A stretch of DNA of 64,000 bases from Nitrospinaceae bacterium (GTDB lineage: Bacteria > Nitrospinota > Nitrospinia > Nitrospinales > Nitrospinaceae), in the NCBI GenBank assembly GCA_965223665.1, contig OZ245011.1, forward strand, positions 704,001 to 768,000, given 5' to 3'. Positions 1 to 9,868 of the stretch are shown here, in pieces. A model generated the notes under the pieces. It did not search any database. It was not told the origin of the DNA and worked only from the letters and a program-made list of their open reading frames with translations. How positions within the stretch are numbered: the stretch's first letter is position 1; every line of letters starts with the position of its first letter. Made by a program: the position numbers and the translations under genes.

Positions 1-427
1 AAGTACTGAAAATAAGGCTACCGTTTTTGTTTAAAGCTTTTCCCAGATTTTTCAAGGTAGTTTCAGGATTTTGAAACCATTGAAATACTGCATTTCCACT
101 TATGAGGTCAAAATGAGAAAACTTTAAAAATTCAGCATTTCCTACTTGGAAAGAAACATTTACTGAAAAATCTAAGTGACTTTTTATATACTCAATCATG
201 GCCGGTGCGATGTCATTAATAACTAATTTTTTTGCTCCTTTGGCCAATATATGTCTTGTGAAAATTCCAGTACCGCATCCAAGTTCTAATATTTTTGAGG
301 GAAGTGGATTAGGAAGGAGCGAAGCCAGGCGTTCTGCCATGGATTTCTGGAGTTGCGCGTTCCTCTCATAACTATTTACATATTTCGAAAAACTCTCGAT
401 TACTCGAGATTCAAACTTAGGTTCCAT
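1..427 (-). CDS. bioC: Malonyl-ACP O-methyltransferase BioC (runs off window edge; not in ORF track)
   Basis: Manual translation from ATG at 427: MEPKFESRVIESFSKYVNSYERNAQLQKSMAERL...ILELGCGTG...NAVFQW; SAM motif and BioC-type N-terminus; near bioF. Confidence 0.85.
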   Translation of the reverse strand, partial: MEPKFESRVIESFSKYVNSYERNAQLQKSMAERLASLLPNPLPSKILELGCGTGIFTRHILAKGAKKLVINDIAPAMIEYIKSHLDFSVNVSFQVGNAEFLKFSHFDLISGNAVFQWFQNPETTLKNLGKALNKNGSLIFST

Positions 428-519
428 AATTAAGCTGGGGAAATAATAAAATCCATACTGTAACACCATAAAAGGAATTAATTTATAAAAATAGGTAGGA
501 AATTTTTAAAGAAATTTTT

Positions 520-2805
520 TTATCTGGAGTAGGGCAGGGTATCAGAAGCTCGTCTTCTTAAATGTGGAGTAGCTGCAACAACTTTTTCTGGTAACCGAAC
601 TGAGAAAGTTGAGCCTTCCCCCAACTTACTTGCAACTGTAATATTGCCTCCCATCATCCTGCAGAATCTTTGGCTAATCGCTAATCCTAAACCTGTTCCA
701 CCAAATTGTCGCGTGGGAGAGGAGTCCACTTGTGTGAATTCGCTAAATAAAGTATTCATCTTATCTTGAGGAATTCCAATTCCATTATCAATGACCTTAA
801 ATATAATCCAATCCAAATTTGATTTTTTTTCACAAAATACTTCTAAAGAAATATTTCCATTCTGAGTAAACTTGCAAGCATTTCCCAACAAATTAACTAA
901 CATTTGCCGAACTTTCTGAGAATCCGCTGTCATACTTCCTAAGGTTCCATTCCAGTTTACATTTAGTATATTTCCATTTTTCTTAGCCAGAGGACGGATG
1001 GTAACTAATATTTCTTCAACCAATTGTTTTAAATTAAATGTATCGATCCGAATTTCCATTTTTCCCGCTTCAATTTTAGAAAGGTCTAATATTTCATTAA
1101 TTAGTCCTAATAAAAATTTACCGGAGGATCTAATTTTTTTTAAATCTTCTCCAAGTTCTGGAAGATTGCTTTCCTCAGTCTCCTCTAATAACATTTCACT
1201 ATAGCCAATAATTGCGTTCATTGGGGTCCTGAGTTCGTGGCTCATATTTGCTAAAAATTTACTTTTTGCAGTATTTGCTTCCAAAGCCATATCTCTTGCT
1301 TGCGCAATTTCTTCATATGCTTTCCTCATTCTATTAACCAAAAACATGTTATTGATAGCAATTGCCGCTTGGGAAGCCAAAGTTTCTACCAAACGTACTT
1401 GATCCAGTAAAAAAGGTGTTACCGTTTTTTTATTTTTCGAATCTCTGGCATTCATCAATTGGAGAACCCCAATAATCTTGTTTTCGTGATTTTTCATTGG
1501 AACCACTAAAATCGACTTAGTCCGATAATTCATCTTTTTATCAAAGGTTTTGGGCCCCTCAAAATCATAAGGTTCAGCTTTATATGCATCGGCAATATTT
1601 ACAATTTTCCCATGGATTGCACAATAACCTGAGACGTTGGATTCATCCAATTTAACTGCTGGAAAAGTGATAGGTGGGGAACTAGGACCACCCATATTTA
1701 TTTTTAGGATATCATTTTGGACAATTTGTGGTTGAAGTTCATCCTTTTCGAGGATATATAAAGTGCCCCCTTCAGCATTGGTTAGACTTCTTGCCTCATC
1801 TGTAATTATTTTCAATAATTTGTCGAGTTGAGTTTCACCTGAAAGGGAACGTCCGACATGTGTGAGTTTTCTTATTTGGTTTAGGAGGGTATCAATGTTT
1901 AGGAAATTATTAGAGGAATGAAAACTTTTTTTCTGGGTTATTTTTAGACTTCTGGGAATTTTCGCAGAACTTGTTTGATGAAACAATGTTGGATCAACAA
2001 TCCATCCTTCAGTTTTTACTTGGCTATCGTTGCCAAAAGAAATTCCATAATTATATCTTTTTTTTGAATATCCCCATGCGGCTTGCAAGGAACACAATAA
2101 AGAGTCTAATAAGTCGCCCGAATTATCGTTTATGAGGCTTTCAATAAAATGATTTTCTATTTTCAAATCAAATTCGAATTCATTCAAAAATTCCTCAGAC
2201 AAAACTCCATCAATAATTTTCTTTCTTTCTTTTTTAAAATTTTTGGTAGCTTCTTTATTTTTTTCATTTTTATATGAATTTGCAAAACGTCTTGCAATTA
2301 AAGCGGGATATGTTTCTATTGCGATTCTATTAGATTTTTTGGGGCAACAAGGAAAAATAGAAATTCCAGACTCTAATAAACGTTTAGATCCTTCATAAAA
2401 CATCTTAGCTAACGGAGGATTGACTAATTTAATAGGACTAAGTGCTCTGGAGAAACTATCTGTCATTCTTAATGGTTCTTTATAACCTTTAGGTTGAGTT
2501 GCTTTAAATTTTTTAATAACCTCTTCAAATTTAGGTTTGGACAATCTAGATATTTTAGAAACATACTGTTCCCATTGTACCGGGAATTTTTGTAGCGTCA
2601 GAAAATTCAGGGGAAGGCCAAATGGTAAATCAAAACCGGAAACCCAGGGTCCTTTTTGATTTAGGAATTCTTCAAAACTTTGAAAATCCACAATGGTATG
2701 TATTCTGACTATGTGGAGAATTTTATTTTTTAAAATTCCTTCGGTTATTGCAATGGGTTTTTTCAGATTGGGAGTACTGGTAAAATCAATTCCATAAATT
2801 TTCAT
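520..2805 (-). CDS. DUF429 (RNase H-fold predicted nuclease)-GAF-HisKA-HATPase fusion histidine kinase
   Basis: N-term GIDFTS...GFDLPFGLP...IETYP...GDLLDS...EGWIV (DUF429-like); GAF (GGTLY...VPM...GVLQLMN); H-box [14 protein letters not shown]1 (DNGIG) and G2 (GGTGLGL) boxes. Confidence 0.85.
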   Translation of the reverse strand: MKIYGIDFTSTPNLKKPIAITEGILKNKILHIVRIHTIVDFQSFEEFLNQKGPWVSGFDLPFGLPLNFLTLQKFPVQWEQYVSKISRLSKPKFEEVIKKFKATQPKGYKEPLRMTDSFSRALSPIKLVNPPLAKMFYEGSKRLLESGISIFPCCPKKSNRIAIETYPALIARRFANSYKNEKNKEATKNFKKERKKIIDGVLSEEFLNEFEFDLKIENHFIESLINDNSGDLLDSLLCSLQAAWGYSKKRYNYGISFGNDSQVKTEGWIVDPTLFHQTSSAKIPRSLKITQKKSFHSSNNFLNIDTLLNQIRKLTHVGRSLSGETQLDKLLKIITDEARSLTNAEGGTLYILEKDELQPQIVQNDILKINMGGPSSPPITFPAVKLDESNVSGYCAIHGKIVNIADAYKAEPYDFEGPKTFDKKMNYRTKSILVVPMKNHENKIIGVLQLMNARDSKNKKTVTPFLLDQVRLVETLASQAAIAINNMFLVNRMRKAYEEIAQARDMALEANTAKSKFLANMSHELRTPMNAIIGYSEMLLEETEESNLPELGEDLKKIRSSGKFLLGLINEILDLSKIEAGKMEIRIDTFNLKQLVEEILVTIRPLAKKNGNILNVNWNGTLGSMTADSQKVRQMLVNLLGNACKFTQNGNISLEVFCEKKSNLDWIIFKVIDNGIGIPQDKMNTLFSEFTQVDSSPTRQFGGTGLGLAISQRFCRMMGGNITVASKLGEGSTFSVRLPEKVVAATPHLRRRASDTLPYSR

Positions 2806-2843
2806 GAAAATAATTAGGAAAGAAAAATAATAGTTCTGGCTTA

Positions 2844-3479
2844 TTATATGAGTGAGCGACGTTTAACTTGATTCAACAAAGGCTCAGGATTATGATCAGC
2901 GTCTGAAATAATTAATAAATGGGGTATAAATTTAATTAAAATTTTCCCATCTGTAAAAGGGTCCCTTCCTCCCAGTATAACGATAAAATCTCTTACTTCG
3001 GAATAGGAAACAGAATATTTTTCTAAAAATTCTAATCCTTTTAGAAGTAAATCCTTTGATAAAGACTCTTTTTTGTAGTCCGGTGGAATTTTTATAGAAC
3101 CTAACTTAAAAAAATCCTCTAATAGATACTTAATATCATTGCCTCGTTTTAGGCTTTGTTTAAATAACTTTAATTGTCGTGAGGGAATTTTTCCTCCCTT
3201 GGAATGTTCTCTGGAGAACCCTAAGATAGGAGAGATCAATATTTTTACGCAATCTTTGGGTAAGAATTCTTTGTGATATGCCAACCATAAGCTACCGAGG
3301 GAATATCCTATAAAAATATCAGAAGAGTAGTTTTTGTTAATAATTTTCTCTGCTTCATTTGAGTCCGACGGGTTGTTGGGATAAACAGCGTTTACGTTGC
3401 ATTCAGGAAAAACTTGTTTAATACAATTTTCGAACCAATCTTCAGTGATCGCCCAACCACAAATAGCTGTTATTTTCAT
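2844..3479 (-). CDS. Alpha/beta hydrolase, probable pimeloyl-ACP methyl ester esterase (BioH functional analogue)
   Basis: GW oxyanion motif, GYSLG nucleophile elbow, GGRD and DH acid/His; overlaps bioF stop. Confidence 0.7.
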   Translation of the reverse strand: MKITAICGWAITEDWFENCIKQVFPECNVNAVYPNNPSDSNEAEKIINKNYSSDIFIGYSLGSLWLAYHKEFLPKDCVKILISPILGFSREHSKGGKIPSRQLKLFKQSLKRGNDIKYLLEDFFKLGSIKIPPDYKKESLSKDLLLKGLEFLEKYSVSYSEVRDFIVILGGRDPFTDGKILIKFIPHLLIISDADHNPEPLLNQVKRRSLI

Positions 3480-4618
3480 TATTTATCCGACTTTTTTAAT
3501 ATATGAAGAACTTTTAATAGATTCTCTTCAGTAATTCCAGAATGCAGAGACAGCCTTAGGCGAGAAGTATTATTAGGCACGGTTGGAGGTCGAATGGCAC
3601 CTAAGTTTATTCCAGCGGAATACATTTTTCTGCATATTTCAACCGTTTTATTAGAGTCCTTTATTATTATAGGAATAATTTGAGAATCAAAAGAATTGGT
3701 ACTCCAGCCATTTGTAAGTAATTCATTTCGAAACCAGACTCCTAGTTTTCTGAGCTGGTTTCTCTGTTTAGAAGATTTTTTAACCAGTTTAATAGATTGA
3801 TTGGCTGCAGATGCACAGGATGGAGGCATAAATGTAGAGTAAATGAATTCTCCTGAGTAATTAATCAAATAATCAATAATAATAGAAGAATTTGAAAGAA
3901 TGTAAGCTCCCATACTTGCCAAGGCTTTACCAAGAGTTCCAATTAATATGTCGACATCTGAAATAATTCCCTTTTCTTCTGCCAAGCCTCCTCCTGTAGG
4001 GCCAAAAACACCTGTTCCGTGTGCTTCATCTAAAATAAAAATAAATGAATAATCTTTTTTTAATTGAGCGATTTTTTTTAAATCTGGATAGTCACCATCC
4101 ATGCTAAAAATACTTTCTGTTATGACAAATACATTTTCAAAAGAAGATGAATATTTATTTAGCAATTGTTCTAAATGTTCAATATTCAAATGGTGATATC
4201 GCTTAAATTTTGCGCGGCTCTGGTTTAGACCTGAAATTATGGAATGATGAACCAATTTGTCAGCTAAAATTAAATCTTTAGGACCGGGTAAATTTTTCAA
4301 AATTGTTTGGTTCGCTACAAACCCAGAATTTAAAAGTAGTCCATTAGTTTTTTGTTTCCAATTAAGAATCGTTTTTAACAATTTATCATGGCAGGGAAGG
4401 TAACCTGTCAACAAAGGAGAGGCGGAACTACTAGTCCCGTAATTATTTAAAGCATCCTGGGAAGCTTTAATCACCTCGGGATGATTTCGTAATTGAAGAT
4501 AGTCGTTACTGGAAAGATTTAATCTATTGTCAGAATGGATTTTTAAATTACGAAAAATAGAATCTTTTTTTCTTTGTTCCAGTTCTTTTTTTAAACGATT
4601 GTGGAATAAGTTTTTCAA
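3479..4618 (-). CDS. bioF: 8-amino-7-oxononanoate synthase
   Basis: SSNDYL, ESIFSMDGD, DEAHG, GTLGKALA (PLP Lys), IRPPTVP. Confidence 0.95.
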   Translation of the reverse strand: MKNLFHNRLKKELEQRKKDSIFRNLKIHSDNRLNLSSNDYLQLRNHPEVIKASQDALNNYGTSSSASPLLTGYLPCHDKLLKTILNWKQKTNGLLLNSGFVANQTILKNLPGPKDLILADKLVHHSIISGLNQSRAKFKRYHHLNIEHLEQLLNKYSSSFENVFVITESIFSMDGDYPDLKKIAQLKKDYSFIFILDEAHGTGVFGPTGGGLAEEKGIISDVDILIGTLGKALASMGAYILSNSSIIIDYLINYSGEFIYSTFMPPSCASAANQSIKLVKKSSKQRNQLRKLGVWFRNELLTNGWSTNSFDSQIIPIIIKDSNKTVEICRKMYSAGINLGAIRPPTVPNNTSRLRLSLHSGITEENLLKVLHILKKSDK

Positions 4619-4702
4619 GTAAGTAGTTTTAATTAAATAAGGATTATTATGTTATAAAAGTAAAATTCTCTCAAATTCAAGTTCTTAAAGGAAGGTTTAT
4701 TT

Positions 4703-5095
4703 ATGGCCGAGATCACTGATACGGGAAAAGTTTGGATGCGTGGATCCGCCACAACATCTTTTGCCATTAAGGTAGATAATAAAGTTTTTGTCCCAGGAGG
4801 AGAACCACATCAAAATATCGACTTTTGGGTTACCGATGAATATTTATGTGTAGATATTCACGATAAAGAATTTAACAAAAGATGGGGTCGTAAATTTTCT
4901 TTGAATTTAGAATCAAAGCATCCAGCCACACTCTTTAATGGTTTTAATAAAACGAAGCATGCCGATATCAAAGTAATTCATTTTGAAGACCCAGGTGTGG
5001 AAGAATGTACTATTTATGGAGAAAACTATATCAATAAAAAAGTGGGTGGGTTAAATAGAGATGATTTTTGGAAACTTGTCGGCATGGAGGATTAA
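4703..5095 (+). CDS. Hypothetical protein
   Basis: 130-aa ORF with AAGGAAGG RBS-like sequence; no recognised motif. Confidence 0.7.
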   Translation: MAEITDTGKVWMRGSATTSFAIKVDNKVFVPGGEPHQNIDFWVTDEYLCVDIHDKEFNKRWGRKFSLNLESKHPATLFNGFNKTKHADIKVIHFEDPGVEECTIYGENYINKKVGGLNRDDFWKLVGMED

Positions 5096-5535
5096 TAAGA
5101 AGGAGAGGGTGGATTAGGGTCTCTAACCAATCGTGTAGATAATTTTTCACGAACATTTTTATCTAGATAGTCAGTGGAACCATCTTGGATATTTAATACT
5201 AAAACTTGACCATTTTCATTTTCTTCAGCAGTCCATATTTGGCGGCCTGCTTTTTTTGCAAATATGGAATGCAAGTGGATTTGTTCGCCTTCACTATCCA
5301 CATTTTCAAAGACTTCATTATATAAACTTAATGCTTCTTCTTTAGTGGGAATTCGCCAATCTGAATGACCTCCTGCATAAACACTTCGCATCATAGCTAA
5401 ATAAGCTTGAGCTTCTTTCCAGTTTACCCATTTCCCTAAATCACCATAGGCATCTTTAGGAAGCCATTCTTTATTAGGATTTTTCCCAGTTATTACCGCA
5501 TTTGGATTTTCAATAAACAATTCTTTTGGATCCAT
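5092..5535 (-). CDS. DUF1566/Lcl-domain protein
   Basis: W..A..Y...YAGGHSDWRIPTKEEALSL and C-terminal RLVR. Confidence 0.75.
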   Translation of the reverse strand: MDPKELFIENPNAVITGKNPNKEWLPKDAYGDLGKWVNWKEAQAYLAMMRSVYAGGHSDWRIPTKEEALSLYNEVFENVDSEGEQIHLHSIFAKKAGRQIWTAEENENGQVLVLNIQDGSTDYLDKNVREKLSTRLVRDPNPPSPSY

Positions 5536-5569
5536 TATTCTTCAATAAAAAATTTTGGGGTAAAGAATA

Positions 5570-6436
5570 TCATTGCAGAGAAAATTCATCAATTAATTTA
5601 GAATACCTTTTTGACAATTGAGAGGTAACAGGCCCAGGGCTTATTAACAAAGTATTGTTGTCTACCTGTCTGACGGGAAGAATTCCAATAACTGAATTGG
5701 TTAAAAAAATTTCCTCAGCATTTTTCAAATCGGAAATCCCAACTTTATGGAATATGGCATCAATCCTTTCACCTTTAGCCAATTCCATTACCACCTTTCG
5801 TGTAATCCCAGGTAAAACCTGATCACTGATAGGTGGTGTCAAAACAATTCCTTTTTTTACAATAAAAACATTTGAAGAAGTTCCCTCACAAACATTTCCG
5901 TTACCGTCAAGTAAGAGACCCTCCTGAGAATTATCCTCTTCGGCTCTCTTTTTTATTAATATCGCTGAAAGATAATCAATAGTTTTAATTTGAGGAGATA
6001 TTCCAATTACCCCATTAGCGGAGGAAGGATAAAGTGATACTTTAACACCTTGTTGATACCATTCTGAAGGTGGACCCTCATAGGGTTGTACCCAAATCAC
6101 TAAAGTTGAAGGCCTATCAGGATCAATGCTTAATCCACGTGAAGAAATACCTCGTGTAAGAGTTAATCTTAAAATTGATTCATCCAACCCATTTAATTCT
6201 AATAAATTAGTGATTATATCTTTAAGTAATTTCTTAGAGTACGAAATATTTATAAATAACCTAGAAGCTGAAGTGAAAAGCCTATCGAGATGATCTTCCA
6301 GTCTAAAAACCTGGTTTTGAAAAGCTCTCATTGTTTCGAAAAGACCATCCCCCAATGTAAATCCTCGATCCATTATTGAAACTTTGGCTTGACTTATTGG
6401 GAGCATTTCCCCATTAACAAAAGCAAACAGCTTCAT
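5570..6436 (-). CDS. pabC: Class IV PLP aminotransferase, probable aminodeoxychorismate lyase
   Basis: DRGFTLGDGLFET, HLDRL, EGTSSN, LPGITR; overlaps pabB-like gene. Confidence 0.75.
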   Translation of the reverse strand: MKLFAFVNGEMLPISQAKVSIMDRGFTLGDGLFETMRAFQNQVFRLEDHLDRLFTSASRLFINISYSKKLLKDIITNLLELNGLDESILRLTLTRGISSRGLSIDPDRPSTLVIWVQPYEGPPSEWYQQGVKVSLYPSSANGVIGISPQIKTIDYLSAILIKKRAEEDNSQEGLLLDGNGNVCEGTSSNVFIVKKGIVLTPPISDQVLPGITRKVVMELAKGERIDAIFHKVGISDLKNAEEIFLTNSVIGILPVRQVDNNTLLISPGPVTSQLSKRYSKLIDEFSLQ

Positions 6437-7926
6437 GAAAACTTTCCTTTTAATTCAAGAACCTCAAGTAATGCCTCAGCTTTATCCAGTGTTTCCCGGT
6501 ATTCCTTCTGGGGAATAGAATCAGCCACAATTCCGGCACCAACGTGGAACGAGATTTCACCTCTATTGCAAATAAGAGAACGAATAATAATGTTTAAATC
6601 CATAAAAGGAGCAAACCCAATATATCCTAATGCACCCGAATAAGCTCCTCTTGAAGCAGGTTCTAATTCTCCAATTATTTCCCTACATCTAATTTTGGGA
6701 CAACCCGTAATTGTACCCCCAGGAAAAACAGCCTTTAAAATTTCAAATATGGAAATCCCCTTTTTCAACTTTCCTTCAACATTGGACACAATATGAGAAA
6801 CATGAGAGTACCTTTCTATCAGCATCAAATCTGAAACTTTTACACTACCAAATTCGCAAATTCTCCCAAGATCATTTCTTTCTAAATCTATTAACATTAA
6901 ATGTTCAGCTCTTTCTTTTTCATTCAAAAGCAATTCCTTTGAAAGGGCATTATCTTGCTCAGGGTTTTTACCTCTGGGGCGAGTTCCAGCAATTGGCCGT
7001 GTTTCTATATAATCTTCTTCCAACCTTACTAAACGCTCTGGGGAGGAGCTAACTATTGCTAATCCATTAAACTTCAAAAATCCGGAAAAAGGAGAAGGAT
7101 TTATTTTTCTTAATTTTTTATAAAGGTTAAATGCATTTCCTTCCCATTTTGCTTTAAATTTTTGAGATACATTGGCCTGATATATATCACCCTCAGAAAT
7201 GTAATCCTTAACTTTATCAACCATCTTCATATATTGATCTTTTGTTAAGTTTGACTTTAAGGGACCAATGAATCCATTATCTTGTGAACTACTTGAACTA
7301 GATTTAATCGCTGAATTCAATAATAATTTCTCAGCTTTTTTCCACTCTAGTTGAATTTCCTTTGCGAGGTCATCATATTCAGAGTTTGCTTGGGAAGTGG
7401 TTTCAACTGCAATTATAAATTTTAGGATATTGGCTTTATGGTCATAAATCCACAAACGATCAACCTCCATAAAATATAAATCGGGATAGGAGGAGTTTTT
7501 ATTTTTTACAAAGGGGGAGGGGTCCAAATACTGTCCGGCTTCATACCCTAGATAACCTACCCAACCACCCCAAAAATGTGCAATATAATTAATATTGTTA
7601 GAAAAGGAATTAAAGTCCATTAATTTAAGTAAATCCTTAAGATTTCCTAAATTCGAGTATTGCGTTCCGTTATCGCAATAATGTCCTTTTCCATTTTGAA
7701 GTTTAATAACTCGATGGTTTGATGCTCCCATGAATGTGTATCTTGAAATTTCCCAAGGACCTTTTCCACTTTCTAAAAGAAAACTTTTTTCATGGTTACT
7801 ATAAAAATGCTCAAAGAAATTTTCAGGTTGGAAACCTTGAATTTTCTTTTCCCCAATCAGGGGAACTCTTGAGTTTTCTCGAGTCAGAGTCAAGAAAACA
7901 TTTTTGTCTGGATATATTTTCATCAC
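6433..7926 (-). CDS. pabB: Chorismate-binding enzyme (aminodeoxychorismate synthase component I / TrpE family)
   Basis: LLESG, SSSPE, PIAGTRPRG, KERAEHLMLIDLERND, FPGGTITGCPK; coupled to class IV lyase. Confidence 0.75.
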   Translation of the reverse strand: MMKIYPDKNVFLTLTRENSRVPLIGEKKIQGFQPENFFEHFYSNHEKSFLLESGKGPWEISRYTFMGASNHRVIKLQNGKGHYCDNGTQYSNLGNLKDLLKLMDFNSFSNNINYIAHFWGGWVGYLGYEAGQYLDPSPFVKNKNSSYPDLYFMEVDRLWIYDHKANILKFIIAVETTSQANSEYDDLAKEIQLEWKKAEKLLLNSAIKSSSSSSQDNGFIGPLKSNLTKDQYMKMVDKVKDYISEGDIYQANVSQKFKAKWEGNAFNLYKKLRKINPSPFSGFLKFNGLAIVSSSPERLVRLEEDYIETRPIAGTRPRGKNPEQDNALSKELLLNEKERAEHLMLIDLERNDLGRICEFGSVKVSDLMLIERYSHVSHIVSNVEGKLKKGISIFEILKAVFPGGTITGCPKIRCREIIGELEPASRGAYSGALGYIGFAPFMDLNIIIRSLICNRGEISFHVGAGIVADSIPQKEYRETLDKAEALLEVLELKGKFS

Positions 7927-7981
7927 TTTTTTAAAGGTAATTGATGAGGGATTATATCAGGAGAGGTGAAACTACAAAACA

Positions 7982-9193
7982 CTATTCATAGCGTAAAGCA
8001 TCTATTGGATTTAGGTTAGCCGCCTTATTTGCCGGATAAAATCCAAAGAAAATGCCGACTCCTACCGAAAAACCGAACGCTAATAAAATTGACTGCATTG
8101 AAACAATGGTATCCAAACCTCCCAGGGAGGAAACACCTTTCGAAATTAATATACCGAGAAGGACACCAATACCTCCTCCCAAAAAGCTTATTAATACTGA
8201 CTCAATAAGAAACTGTTGTCGAATTTCTTTCTTTTTTGCTCCTATGGCAATTCTAATTCCAATTTCTCTTGTACGTTCTGTAACCGATACCAGCATTATA
8301 TTCATAATGCCTATACCCCCGACCATTAGTGAAATGGCCGCAATTCCACCCAGGAGATATTGAAATGTTTTTGCTGCATCGCCCCAACTATTTAACCATT
8401 CAGCAGAATTCTGAACATAAAAATCGTTTTTTTTACCTTCGAAAATGTTATGACGGCGACGAATTAAATTCTCGATATCCGTTTTTACCGTTTCAATGTC
8501 ATTAACTGTTTCTACTTGAACATCAATGGACTGGACATAATCCATCCCAAACAATCTTTTTTGAGCTGTAGTTATAGGAATGAATATTTGATCATCCGGA
8601 TCGAACCAGCTTAAAGCACCCTTAGCAACTGTAGATCCAATTACCAGATAATTATCCCCCTCTACCTTAATGGTTTTTCCAACGGGATTGGCGCCGTGAA
8701 ATAAATTTTTTACAACTGTAGCCCCTAATACACAAATGCGGCGTGCAGTACGAATTTCCTGCTCATTAAAAAACCGACCATATTCCATTTGGAAATTTGC
8801 TAAACGTGCATAATCTTTGCCCGTTCCACGTACAGTACTGTTACTATTTTTATTTCCGTATTTTAATTGGCCACTTCTATAAACTTGCGCAGATACTCCT
8901 GAGATTTTTTTTATTCGCTCCTCAATGGCATAGGCATCTTTAAGCAATAAAGTTTCTACTTTACCTGAGCTTACGTGTCTGTTTTTCTTTTCTCCGGGTT
9001 TAACGGTAATAATATTTGTTCCAAATTTTGCTATTGTGCTAAGAGTTTGTCGACGGGCACCTTCTCCCAGTGAGATCATAGAAATCACGGAAGCGACTCC
9101 AATAATAATCCCCAAAGTTGTTAAGAAGGTTCTCATTTTATTTGCAACAAGACTGCGCAAAGCCATTCTCAAAAGATCAAAAATTAGCATCAA
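7982..9193 (-). CDS. MacB-type ABC transporter permease
   Basis: LTTLGIIIGVASVI, GGIGIMNIMLVSVTERTREIGIR, NPIDALRYE. Confidence 0.93.
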   Translation of the reverse strand: MMLIFDLLRMALRSLVANKMRTFLTTLGIIIGVASVISMISLGEGARRQTLSTIAKFGTNIITVKPGEKKNRHVSSGKVETLLLKDAYAIEERIKKISGVSAQVYRSGQLKYGNKNSNSTVRGTGKDYARLANFQMEYGRFFNEQEIRTARRICVLGATVVKNLFHGANPVGKTIKVEGDNYLVIGSTVAKGALSWFDPDDQIFIPITTAQKRLFGMDYVQSIDVQVETVNDIETVKTDIENLIRRRHNIFEGKKNDFYVQNSAEWLNSWGDAAKTFQYLLGGIAAISLMVGGIGIMNIMLVSVTERTREIGIRIAIGAKKKEIRQQFLIESVLISFLGGGIGVLLGILISKGVSSLGGLDTIVSMQSILLAFGFSVGVGIFFGFYPANKAANLNPIDALRYE

Positions 9194-9864
9194 GACACCT
9201 TTGCTGAATCAGTAATAATATTTCCATCCCGCATATGAATTACTCTATTAGCAAAATTTGCAACATGTTGTTCATGGGTCACAATAATTATAGTAACCCC
9301 TTCTTCATTCAGTTTTTGGAATATACCCATAATTTCGTCACCCGTTTTTGAATCGAGATTTCCAGTAGGCTCATCCGCTAAAATTATTGCTGGGTTATTT
9401 ACAATGGCTCTAGCGATAGCAATCCGTTGGCGCTCTCCTCCGGAAAGCTCATTAGGTTTGTGTTTTGCCCGCTCCTTTAGACCCACCTTACTAAGTGCTT
9501 CCAAAGCGATTTGTTCGGTTTTTGCTACTCTCCCATAGAGCAGGGGTAATTCAATGTTTTCTATTGCCGTTGCACGAGGTAAAAGATTAAAACTTTGGAA
9601 AACAAATCCAATTTTCTGATTACGCACATTTGCCAACTCATCTCCAGACAATGATTGGACATCTACATCTTCCAATCGATAAGTTCCTGAAGTAGGCAAA
9701 TCAAGGCATCCCAAAACATTCATTAAAGTTGATTTACCACTTCCAGATTGACCCATTATTGCAACGAACTCCCCCTTATGAATTTGGAAGCTTGCATTTT
9801 TCAGGGCAGGGACTTCAACAGATCCAATTTCGTATGTTTTGGTTAAATTTTGAACTTCAATCAA
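9190..9864 (-). CDS. MacB/LolD-type ABC ATP-binding protein
   Basis: GQSGSGKS, LSGGERQR, LADEPTGNLD. Confidence 0.95.
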   Translation of the reverse strand: MIEVQNLTKTYEIGSVEVPALKNASFQIHKGEFVAIMGQSGSGKSTLMNVLGCLDLPTSGTYRLEDVDVQSLSGDELANVRNQKIGFVFQSFNLLPRATAIENIELPLLYGRVAKTEQIALEALSKVGLKERAKHKPNELSGGERQRIAIARAIVNNPAIILADEPTGNLDSKTGDEIMGIFQKLNEEGVTIIIVTHEQHVANFANRVIHMRDGNIITDSAKVS

Positions 9865-9868
9865 GGTT

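Noticed and set aside
535-560. C-terminal RRRASD motif of the fusion kinase as a regulatory site
   Set aside because: Too short to support any functional claim
6433-7926. Call as trpE
   Set aside because: No trp genes nearby and coupled to a class IV lyase, favouring pabB, though motifs alone cannot fully separate them
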